A stretch of DNA of 64,000 nt from an uncultured Methanomicrobiales archaeon (GTDB lineage Archaea > Halobacteriota > Methanomicrobia > Methanomicrobiales > Methanospirillaceae): contig CAVWXH010000007.1 in NCBI GenBank assembly GCA_963758915.1, positions 49,813 through 113,812 of the forward strand, written 5' to 3'. This document shows, in pieces, positions 56,075-64,000 of this stretch. Below the pieces are notes generated by a model. That model saw only the letters and a list, made by a program, of their open reading frames with translations. It made no database searches and was not told the origin of the DNA. Each line of letters opens with the position of its first letter. The stretch's first letter is position 1. Position numbers and translations under genes: made by a program.

Positions 56075-56332
56075 TCACATCTCTTCTGATTTGAACGCAC
56101 CCGGGAGATGGCGGATGATGACAATATCGCCGATACTTCCTATGATGCGGAATGGAATTTTAAGGCCCTTATAATTTTTAATATCAACAAGTTCCGGGTT
56201 TAGTTTGCCTACAACAACGGACTCAATTTTTTTCCCGTCAACGTCTAAGACGATATCTTCCACTTCACCGACAAAAATACTCTTTTCGGTATACACATTC
56301 AGTCCGAACATTTCAGTAATCTGTTTTCTCAT
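56075..56332 (-). CDS. PRC-barrel domain protein
   Basis: GLNVYT.....VGEVEDI..D, IP...I..IGDIVII; start uncertain. Confidence 0.85.
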   Translation of the reverse strand: MRKQITEMFGLNVYTEKSIFVGEVEDIVLDVDGKKIESVVVGKLNPELVDIKNYKGLKIPFRIIGSIGDIVIIRHLPGAFKSEEM

Positions 56333-56383
56333 CCTGATCAATCCATGAATATATACGAGAACAGTTAAAAAGATACTCTTTTA

Positions 56384-57541
56384 ATGAACAGTTCATTCAG
56401 AATCGGTTCACTCTCCGGGGTTCCTATCTATATCCACTGGACCTTCCTGATCGTGATCCCCCTCTTTGCCTGGATCATCGGGACACAGATAGCCATTACC
56501 GTGGGGCTCATTACCAACTCCTATAATTTCGTGTTTGGCTGGTTACACCCGTTTACCATTGACACCTCTATTTTTGCCATTGACGTATATTCCTATGTTC
56601 TCGGAGCCCTGATATCAATCGGTCTTTTTGTCGGGGTACTTATCCATGAAATGGCCCATTCGCTGCTTGCCAGGAAATACGGGCTGAAAGTAAACAATAT
56701 TACACTTCTCCTCTTCGGGGGTATCTCCTCCATTGAGGAGGGCACCCCTGACCCTGGAATCGAGCTGCCTGTTGCACTCGCCGGCCCGCTTATGAGCCTG
56801 GTTATTGCAGTAATCTGTTCCGGTATTGCGTATGCCGCAGATATTGCCATTGCCGACCCGGTTGTAGCCGGGACGCTTGTCTTTTTCTTTGGTTATCTCG
56901 GCCTGCTCAATTTTATCCTCTTCATATTCAACCTGCTGCCGGCGTTCCCGATGGATGGGGGCCGGGTCCTCCGTGCGTGGCTTGCGAGGTCAAAACCGCT
57001 CCCTGAAGCGACCCGGATTGCTGCGAACATAGGAAAGGGATTTGCCGTGGTGTTTGGTATCTTTGCAATCATTACCTTCAGCCCGATCCTGATCATTATC
57101 GCGGTGTTCATTTATCTCGGCGCCAGCCAGGAGTCCAATGCAATGCGGTATAAATTCCTCCTCCAGGACGTTACTGTGGGGGACATGATGTCGAAACCTG
57201 TCATGAGTGTCCCGTTGAGTATGCCGGTCAGGGAAGTAATCGAACTAATGTACGGAAGCAAACACCTCGGGTTCCCGGTCGTGGACCGCGGGGTGCTCGT
57301 CGGGATGATCACGGTGGCTGATGTTCATAAGATGTCCCCGCTCGACCGTGAGGCCATGCAGGTGAGGGACGTCATGTCAAGGGACACGGTCTTCCTCCCT
57401 CCCGGTGCACCGGTTGAGGACGCACTCCGTATCATGTCCCTGCAAAACATTGGCCATATACCTGTTATCGAAAATGGAGATCTAATCGGGATTGTCACGA
57501 GAGAAGACATCATGAAGGTGATCGAGTTAAAAGAGATGTAA
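56384..57541 (+). CDS. Site-2 protease (M50) with two CBS domains
   Basis: HEMAH, AGP, FNLLPAFPMDGGR, C-terminal CBS pair. Confidence 0.93.
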   Translation: MNSSFRIGSLSGVPIYIHWTFLIVIPLFAWIIGTQIAITVGLITNSYNFVFGWLHPFTIDTSIFAIDVYSYVLGALISIGLFVGVLIHEMAHSLLARKYGLKVNNITLLLFGGISSIEEGTPDPGIELPVALAGPLMSLVIAVICSGIAYAADIAIADPVVAGTLVFFFGYLGLLNFILFIFNLLPAFPMDGGRVLRAWLARSKPLPEATRIAANIGKGFAVVFGIFAIITFSPILIIIAVFIYLGASQESNAMRYKFLLQDVTVGDMMSKPVMSVPLSMPVREVIELMYGSKHLGFPVVDRGVLVGMITVADVHKMSPLDREAMQVRDVMSRDTVFLPPGAPVEDALRIMSLQNIGHIPVIENGDLIGIVTREDIMKVIELKEM

Positions 57542-57587
57542 TCCCGGCTGGTTTAAAAAACTCCAGGCAACCACCTGAAAGGCCCCC

Positions 57588-58037
57588 ATTCTCATGGCCA
57601 TCAGTGAGCCAAAGGGCTCGTAGCCCTAATCTCTCATATTTTGAAAAAAAACACCCAACCAGGTAATACAGGTAGATAAAAAAATGATAGGCGCTGGGAA
57701 AATCACGCAGTTATAACGAAATTACCGTAAATACGGGGTTTATTGAAACCCTGCGGGATCATAAAAAAAGAAGAGGGAAATAAGAATATGTGAGGGGTTT
57801 TCATCCCCTCCCTACCCCACCCCCATTAAGATATTCTTCGGGCAGGGTTTCCCAAAGGCACATTAAATTCAGAGTATTTTTGGATAGTCGCTATCCCAAC
57901 CGGGGTCGCCAAAGCGGCGGGCCATGAGCCCCGGGAGCGTGGGTTAATTTCGGAACAACCCGAAATCGCTAGAAATTATCAGAGCATTTCTACAGAGCGT
58001 GCTATGAGCCGTTGGCTCATAGACGGACATAAAAAAA
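57588..58037. repeat. ~450-bp MITE/REP-like element with imperfect terminal inverted hairpin modules
   Basis: Left TTCTCATGGCCATCAGTGAGCCAAAGGGCTCGTAGC vs reverse complement of right TTTTTATGTCCGTCTATGAGCCAACGGCTCATAGC; internal hairpins; parts recur at 1078, 13524 and 18015. Confidence 0.65.
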
Positions 58038-58156
58038 TTGGCATTTTGTTTGTTTTGACGTAGTTTTTCATACCAGCCTAATTATGAATAGATACTGGCG
58101 GTACGGTCTTTTAATCAAAAACAACCGGGACCGATTGAATCCTGGGCGCCTTCATT

Positions 58157-59809
58157 TCAGGCCTTCCGGAACACCATCAGGTGATCGAGTGCAGTCACTC
58201 CTGCGATTGTTCTGAATGATTCAGAAGAATCGAATGGCCGTTTTGCTGCAACCATCGCAGCCTTTTTCTTTCCCACCCCGGGCAGCCAACTCAGCGCCGG
58301 CACGGGCAGGTGGTTGATATCCACCGGAACCGGTAAGGCAGTCAGGGACCTCATGCCAAAATCCACAACTGCCAGATCAATTACCGTTCCGGGCGTTAAA
58401 CTGATGGGAATCCCTATGAGGATCGGGTATGACCCCATCTGCCGGCCGAAGGATAACGGCCCCTGAACCTCGGTTATCACATCCCTTAATACGGTACCGA
58501 TCGGGAAAACACGTTCGAGCATGGGACGATCGAACATTGTCCTGACAAAATCTTTAAAAGCCCTGAATTTTGCATCGTGGAGCCCTAGTGTGTTATGTTC
58601 ATATGCCCGTGTACCAGGGAACGGCATCAGCTGCCGTACGTTCACCCTCCTGATAAGGCACCTGCTCCGTAATATATCCTGGAGGAACTGCTGGTTATAT
58701 TCAAAGGTCTCCCTGGTCTCTCCGGGAAGACCACTGATGAAATTGAGACCTGGCAGGAGTTCAGGGATACCGCCGGACCGTTTTCCCCCGACTATATTAA
58801 CAATGCGGACCGCTTCCATTATCTCTTCAGGACTGGCTTTTAAGTTGTTTATCCTGATTACCTCAGGGTCTGCGGTTTCCATACCGAATGCTGCGACATC
58901 ACCAGGTGTATGGTACGTGGTAATCACCAGGAGTGCCTCACGACTCTCTTCAGGGTGACGTGCGATTGTTCCCGGGTTGATATTATCAATATGCAGGGTC
59001 CTGAGTCCGGGTGCCTGCTCCCGTATCCCGGCAAAAAGTGTCCGGAGCGCATCAGGGTCGGGGGCAGGATATTCGCCCCCGCCAGCCTGGTAGGTAAGGA
59101 GATCGGCCTGCCTTCCCAGCCGGAAATGCCTGGCACCGGCATGATACAGGGATTCTACTTCATCAATGACCCCTTGCGCCGGGCGGTATACTGGTGGGCC
59201 ATAGAACGGTTCAGTGCAGAATGAACAACCCCCTGTCTCCTGGCGGGCACATCCCCTCGCTGTCTCGAGTTCGCACATTATATGAGGGAATGAAGGGTGT
59301 TGTCTGATTATATCGCTCCCCAGAATGCTCCATTTATCGGAGAGCGTGTAATTCGTGTTCCCCTCTGGTCTGCCCCCGGTCAGGTGTGAATGGAGTGCCT
59401 CAGGTGCGGAACCCGTGAGAAGGAGATTAAAACCGGAGATCGCCTGTATTATTGCCTTCTCCCCTCCGCCAGGTGAATACCCGAAACCAATAGGTCCCCC
59501 TATATATTTCTCCGGCCCCCTGATCTGGAGCCCGACCTGCTGTAGCTCCGTGAGTGTGGCCGGTGTGCCGCCGAGGTATTTCCCGGGTACGGTAACACCT
59601 GCGATCATCACCACGATGTCGGACTTCGAAATTAATGGAAAGAGGTACGGGTCTGCCCTTAGCTGGTCAATGGTACAATAATGAACCTTGTATTCCCGCT
59701 CTTTCAGGACGCCGGCGATAGTCCTGATATAGGGTGAGATATAGGGGGGGACACCGAGGCATGCAGGTTCATCCACGTACCCGTCGATTATCCAGGCTTC
59801 AGCAGGCAT
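58157..59809 (-). CDS. Radical SAM protein with C-terminal helix-hairpin-helix
   Basis: DGYVDEPA.LGVPPY; ETARGC.....GCSFCTE; GLPGET; LPGVGKK. Confidence 0.88.
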   Translation of the reverse strand: MPAEAWIIDGYVDEPACLGVPPYISPYIRTIAGVLKEREYKVHYCTIDQLRADPYLFPLISKSDIVVMIAGVTVPGKYLGGTPATLTELQQVGLQIRGPEKYIGGPIGFGYSPGGGEKAIIQAISGFNLLLTGSAPEALHSHLTGGRPEGNTNYTLSDKWSILGSDIIRQHPSFPHIMCELETARGCARQETGGCSFCTEPFYGPPVYRPAQGVIDEVESLYHAGARHFRLGRQADLLTYQAGGGEYPAPDPDALRTLFAGIREQAPGLRTLHIDNINPGTIARHPEESREALLVITTYHTPGDVAAFGMETADPEVIRINNLKASPEEIMEAVRIVNIVGGKRSGGIPELLPGLNFISGLPGETRETFEYNQQFLQDILRSRCLIRRVNVRQLMPFPGTRAYEHNTLGLHDAKFRAFKDFVRTMFDRPMLERVFPIGTVLRDVITEVQGPLSFGRQMGSYPILIGIPISLTPGTVIDLAVVDFGMRSLTALPVPVDINHLPVPALSWLPGVGKKKAAMVAAKRPFDSSESFRTIAGVTALDHLMVFRKA

Positions 59810-60419
59810 AACCGATACGTGCCAGTAATTTCCGGGCCCACATCAGTTTGCCCCGTTTTACCGGGTCGACAGACGGGTCATCACAGTCAAATCCGATGAG
59901 CGTGATGTGGGTGGCTCTGAGTTCATCTGCTGCGAATACTGCCCTGTCGCCATCTGAAAAACCGCCAAAATTGTACACATTCTGGATGGGCGTACTCTGG
60001 GTGGTCCCGACAACCGGTCCTATGAGACGTGGGACCCAGTATTGTATCAGGTGTCGGTTGTCACCATGGGCATGGATAACGATGATGGTACCTTTCCAGT
60101 TCATGTCCTGGTAACGCTCATCAGCCCCGTCCAGGTCGGAAAAAATTGCATCGGGCCTGATCCCATGTTCCATCAATACCAGGGCCGCTGCATCGGCAGC
60201 AAACACGGTCCCTTCAATCCGGTCCAGTTCGCGGCTGAGGTTCGGTCCGTTTCCGCAGACCGTCACCTTTTTTCCCGCACAACATTCTCTGAGCAGTTCA
60301 ATGTCATCCCGTACCAGGAGATGCTGGAGGAGGACTGCAGACTCTTCATCAGATTTCCGGTCAAAAGAGAAATATGCAAGGATTTCCTCGTATAATGGCT
60401 CCCAATCTTTAAATTTCAT
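59799..60419 (-). CDS. mptE: 6-hydroxymethyl-7,8-dihydropterin pyrophosphokinase MptE-like
   Basis: W.P.Y..I...F, G.GP.L, AAD.A, SDLDG, HAHGDN, NFGGFSDGDRA. Confidence 0.85.
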   Translation of the reverse strand: MKFKDWEPLYEEILAYFSFDRKSDEESAVLLQHLLVRDDIELLRECCAGKKVTVCGNGPNLSRELDRIEGTVFAADAAALVLMEHGIRPDAIFSDLDGADERYQDMNWKGTIIVIHAHGDNRHLIQYWVPRLIGPVVGTTQSTPIQNVYNFGGFSDGDRAVFAADELRATHITLIGFDCDDPSVDPVKRGKLMWARKLLARIGYAC

Positions 60420-61872
60420 TTTTTCCCTCGTTTTCAAGTCCCACGATATCGGTGAATTTCCGGAGGACCGGGTCGATGATAAGGGAAAGGAGGTCATCCT
60501 TGTTTTCAGCCCTCGAGAAGAAGGTGAGGGGGATGGTAGCGGCTGCCATATTAGGGTGGCCGCCAGCCTCACCGATGTCGCCGAATGCCTCTGCAAGCAC
60601 GTTGCCGATATGCAGCCTGATGTCACGGTTCCTTACCGACATGATGATCGCCTCGTCAGTGATACCATACACGAGAGCGGTATTGACTCCTTCAAGGTTG
60701 ATAAGGAGGTCAGCTGCCTGGGGCAGCGTATCACGGTTCCGGACGTAACCGACATTTGAGAACAGGTAACCGCTCCTGATTTTTCTGTTTCTTATTGCAG
60801 ATCCGAGTACATCAAGGGTCTCCTGTGATAACGATGGGGACATGATCTTGTCTAAGAGGTCTGCATCGGTAAGGGGGAGCAGAAACGCTGCGTAGTTCAT
60901 GTCCTGCGGGGTGATATTCCGTTTGAAGTCCTTTGTGTCCGACCTGATACCGTAGAGAAGCCCGGTCGCAACAGGCTTGTCTACCGGGATGTCAAGTTCC
61001 TGGAGGTACTGGGTGAGTATACTTGCCGTTGCTCCAAGTCCCGGCCTGATATCGACAAATCCGGCTGTAGCCTCGCTGTGCATTCCGTCCTTGTGGTGGT
61101 CAAGGATAATGTCTATGTGGGTCCTCGGGGAGAGAGAATTATTGATGCCTGGTCCGGCACAATCGACCAGCGCAAGGTAATTGCATTCCTGCACCATCTG
61201 GGGGGTCATCCGCTCCATCCTGATTTCGAGCAGGTTGACCATGGTGCGGTTCTCCTGGTGACCGATGACGCCCTCGTAAAAAATCCGGCACACCAGTTTT
61301 TCAGGGTTTGCATTGCGTGCAATTGCTGCAAGGGCCATTGCACTGGATATCGCATCAGGGTCCGGGTTATTATGAGTAATAATCCCGAGAGTGCCCTCCC
61401 ACCCGGCAAGGATCGCATAGAGCCTCTGTGAGATCTTGTTTGCATGCAGCTTATTAATCTGAAAAAGGGTGTTTTTGGCAATGAGTTGTGGCGGATAAAA
61501 CACAAACTCGGCGCCTGCAGTTTCGAGTGTGACCGTTCCAAGGGGGTCCACTGCACGGGCAACAACGTGTGCGGCAGGGTACCGTGTTTTGATTGCCCGG
61601 ACTGTGGAAATGTTGGTTTCGTGGTCCCCGGTAAGAACAAAGGCGATCTCGAACTCCGGGATCCCCAGCAGGAGTCCCTGGTCACGAAACTCTTTTCTAA
61701 TTGCATCAATATGCCTGTCCCGCAGTTCTTTTACGCGTTGCTCATCACGGTCGATCACCAGGAGTCCCGCATTTTCCTTCTGGAGTTCCACGATGATATT
61801 GTACCCTGTAATTCCAGCCCCGAATACGGCGTATTTTACCCGCGGGGCAGACTGCTGCGAGACCTCTGCCAT
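60409..61872 (-). CDS. TrkA-N (RCK) plus DHH/DHHA1 phosphoesterase
   Basis: G.G..G Rossmann N-terminus; HNNPDPDA, ILDHH, GIRSDT, GGH..MAA. Confidence 0.88.
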   Translation of the reverse strand: MAEVSQQSAPRVKYAVFGAGITGYNIIVELQKENAGLLVIDRDEQRVKELRDRHIDAIRKEFRDQGLLLGIPEFEIAFVLTGDHETNISTVRAIKTRYPAAHVVARAVDPLGTVTLETAGAEFVFYPPQLIAKNTLFQINKLHANKISQRLYAILAGWEGTLGIITHNNPDPDAISSAMALAAIARNANPEKLVCRIFYEGVIGHQENRTMVNLLEIRMERMTPQMVQECNYLALVDCAGPGINNSLSPRTHIDIILDHHKDGMHSEATAGFVDIRPGLGATASILTQYLQELDIPVDKPVATGLLYGIRSDTKDFKRNITPQDMNYAAFLLPLTDADLLDKIMSPSLSQETLDVLGSAIRNRKIRSGYLFSNVGYVRNRDTLPQAADLLINLEGVNTALVYGITDEAIIMSVRNRDIRLHIGNVLAEAFGDIGEAGGHPNMAAATIPLTFFSRAENKDDLLSLIIDPVLRKFTDIVGLENEGKNEI

Positions 61873-62022
61873 GTACAGAACAATGCAACGCATCAGGATA
61901 TTAAGTTTGATACACGAACTGACGGATTCCTCCAATTCCGGCTCAAACAGAATCCTCAAGCTAAAAAAGGTAATACGAAAGTTTTATTCGAGAGGATAGA
62001 CCACTATATTGAGTCACCTCGC

Positions 62023-62096
62023 GGGCTTGTAGCTTAGTTCGGTAGAGCGACAGACTCTTAATCTGTAGGTCAAGGGTTCAAATCCCTTCAGGCCCG
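62023..62096 (+). tRNA. tRNA-Lys(CTT)
   Basis: Acceptor GGGCTTG/CAGGCCC; anticodon arm ACAGA-CTCTTAA-TCTGT; T-loop TTCAAAT; no intron; CCA not encoded. Confidence 0.96.
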
Positions 62097-62503
62097 CTTG
62101 TTTTCCTGTAATTCAGGTAAGATTTTTTAGAATCGGATCTGGCAATTATTCAGGTCCTGACAGCCATTGTAACATCATACTACGCTACGTAATCTCTTCC
62201 GCTCATACGCCATTCTTTGAAAATAAGCTGGGTTGTCATACATCGAAGATATTCTGAGTATTCGTCGCTCAATCCTGCCCGTTCAATTCCACCTCCATTC
62301 CGGGAATGGGGTTTTGTACGCTTTTACTACGTAGTGGATTTAAGTATGGCCCCTTTATCGTAAAGGTGTGAAATTCCATTGCCAACGGGGTGCAAAAATT
62401 CCTATGAAGAAGTCCGAAGAAAAAGTCAGGGAATAGCGCCTTTTTAAAAAATATTGTTACGGTCCTGGAAAATATTTCCAGTACTCACAGCCTGCCAGTC
62501 TGG

Positions 62504-62881
62504 TTATTCTGCGATATAGTCACGCAACTGCCTGATCATTTTCAGCTGGTTGTCTGCTTCAGCCTTTTTATCTCTTTCAATATTGTCCATGATCTCGCTG
62601 ATCGGGAGAGCGAGCTTGTAGATTTTTACAGGCCTTCCTTTGTTTTCTGCCTTGTTCTCCCTGCTTTTTACCCATTTCTGCTCAATCATGGCCGTCATTG
62701 CGATGCTCACCTCAGGTTGCCTTAAGTCCGTGCCACGTTCGATATCCCGTGAAGTGGCTTCAGGTGTGTTGGCAAGATAGACAAGGACTTTTGAAACGTT
62801 TCGCTTGGTTCCGATTCTGGTGAGAAGATCTGCAAATTCTTCTTCCCGCTGTGTAAAGTACAGCACATTTTTGGACTTCAT
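62504..62881 (-). CDS. Winged-HTH transcriptional regulator
   Basis: SRDIERGTDLRQPEVSIAM, KGRP.KIY.L. Confidence 0.85.
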   Translation of the reverse strand: MKSKNVLYFTQREEEFADLLTRIGTKRNVSKVLVYLANTPEATSRDIERGTDLRQPEVSIAMTAMIEQKWVKSRENKAENKGRPVKIYKLALPISEIMDNIERDKKAEADNQLKMIRQLRDYIAE

Positions 62882-63015
62882 CAACATCACCCGGTGTGTT
62901 GTATATGTATTTCAGAATTATATATAAAAATATTATTATTCTCATTTGCATAATCAGAATCGCAACAGCGGATGTCAGGATTAAACTGATAAAAATTGAG
63001 ACGGGATATAAGGAT

Positions 63016-63582
63016 TTAACTTGACAGGAGACCGAGATTTGTCAGGTCTGAAACGATCTTCAGGACTGCAGCACGGGCATCCTCCGGCTGTTTTCCACCG
63101 GTGATAATCAGCTTTCCTGAGCCAAAGAGGAGCACGACGACCTTTGGAACTTCAAGCCGGTACACGAGACCGGGAAACTGCTCCGGTTCATACTCGATCC
63201 GGTCAAGGTTGAACCCGACGGCAATCTTGTTCAGGTTAATCCCCGCACCAAGGTCTGCTGATGTGACGATATTCTGTATCTTATAGGTGAGGTCTGTCGG
63301 GATATCGATCTTCAGTTCACGCAGGAGATTACCGAGGATCTCGAGGCCTGCCGAGAGGCTTTCAACACTTTTTGCCCCTGTCAGCACAACCTTCCCGGAG
63401 CCGAATACGAGTGCGGCAATTTTCGGGTTCTGCATCCTGATAACGACACCGGGAAATCGTTTCTTATTATATTCCGCATCCTTAATATTAGATGCCAGCA
63501 TGGGAAGATCCAGATAATCTGTCACCTTCGCCGAGGCTACAATATTTTCAATTTTAAGAGATTCCTCTGGCCTGACCTTCAT
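63016..63582 (-). CDS. tbp: TATA-box-binding protein
   Basis: Two repeats IENIVAS..Y..RFPG..FGSGK..TGAK and IQNIVTS..YEPEQFPG..FGSGK; TTTATATA ~25 bp upstream suggests leaderless start. Confidence 0.97.
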   Translation of the reverse strand: MKVRPEESLKIENIVASAKVTDYLDLPMLASNIKDAEYNKKRFPGVVIRMQNPKIAALVFGSGKVVLTGAKSVESLSAGLEILGNLLRELKIDIPTDLTYKIQNIVTSADLGAGINLNKIAVGFNLDRIEYEPEQFPGLVYRLEVPKVVVLLFGSGKLIITGGKQPEDARAAVLKIVSDLTNLGLLSS

Positions 63583-64000
63583 ATTTATAAATGCCACAAA
63601 ACAGTATATAAACCGTTGGGTGTTATTACCAGGGGTACTGGCGGTGTGAGCCGGGGCTTATACCTTGTTTTGCCTGAACATGAGGTTTGGAATGCAGTTG
63701 TCCGGCTTTTAGAAGGAGTATCAAATTTGATAGATCAGGAATATTCCGGGAGAATCTGATAATCCGGAAAAACGATGAGTTTTCTATGGTTTTCTGGCTG
63801 TCGTTTTGCGATACCGGAAGAATTTCCACTGAACTATCGTACTCTAATTTCTAAAATTTCTACTGTGTCTTCTATCGTGTGAAGGATCAGAGTTGCCAAA
63901 TAACCCGGCTCAGAAAATGTGACCGGAAATCGGAATTGGAAAAAAATAGTGAAATTATTTGAATATTATGGACAGTTTTAATCGTATTGTCGCCATGTAT

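Noticed and set aside
62023-62500. tRNA-Lys as an integration site
   Set aside because: No integrase and no duplicated tRNA 3' end seen in the window

Overview
Archaeal chromosomal window from a hydrogenotrophic methanogen, most likely Methanomicrobiales (Methanoregula/Methanolinea-like); this is inferred from methanogenesis markers 2, 4 (MtxX) and 14, an archaeal histone, TBP and the gene order. Most of it is core housekeeping: mat-hisG-hisA-hisB, rfcL, dtdA-ftsZ-secE-spt5-rpl11-rpl1-rpl10-rpl12, moeA x2, ileS, thg1, mptE, tRNA-Lys(CTT) and tbp. The first ~21 kb is accessory (secreted proteins, redox enzymes, orphan MazF-like gene, STAS fusion, TauE, PAPS-reductase/SufS fusion), and there is a ~10.4-kb Asn-rich parallel beta-helix surface-protein gene. 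At least 14 small frame breaks, mostly +1 insertions and one in essential spt5, point to unpolished long-read errors rather than pseudogenes. Most notable observations: (i) a modular, hairpin-rich REP/MITE-like intergenic repeat family with 5 pieces at 4 loci, mostly between convergent genes; (ii) a STAS domain fused to a probable acetolactate-decarboxylase-like Zn fold; (iii) a PAPS-reductase fusion whose SufS-like domain lacks the PLP lysine, divergent from a TauE exporter; (iv) the giant beta-helix glycoprotein; (v) a likely uL1 autoregulatory RNA element. No CRISPR array, integrase, transposase or reverse transcriptase was seen. All family assignments come from motif recognition by eye, not database searches.
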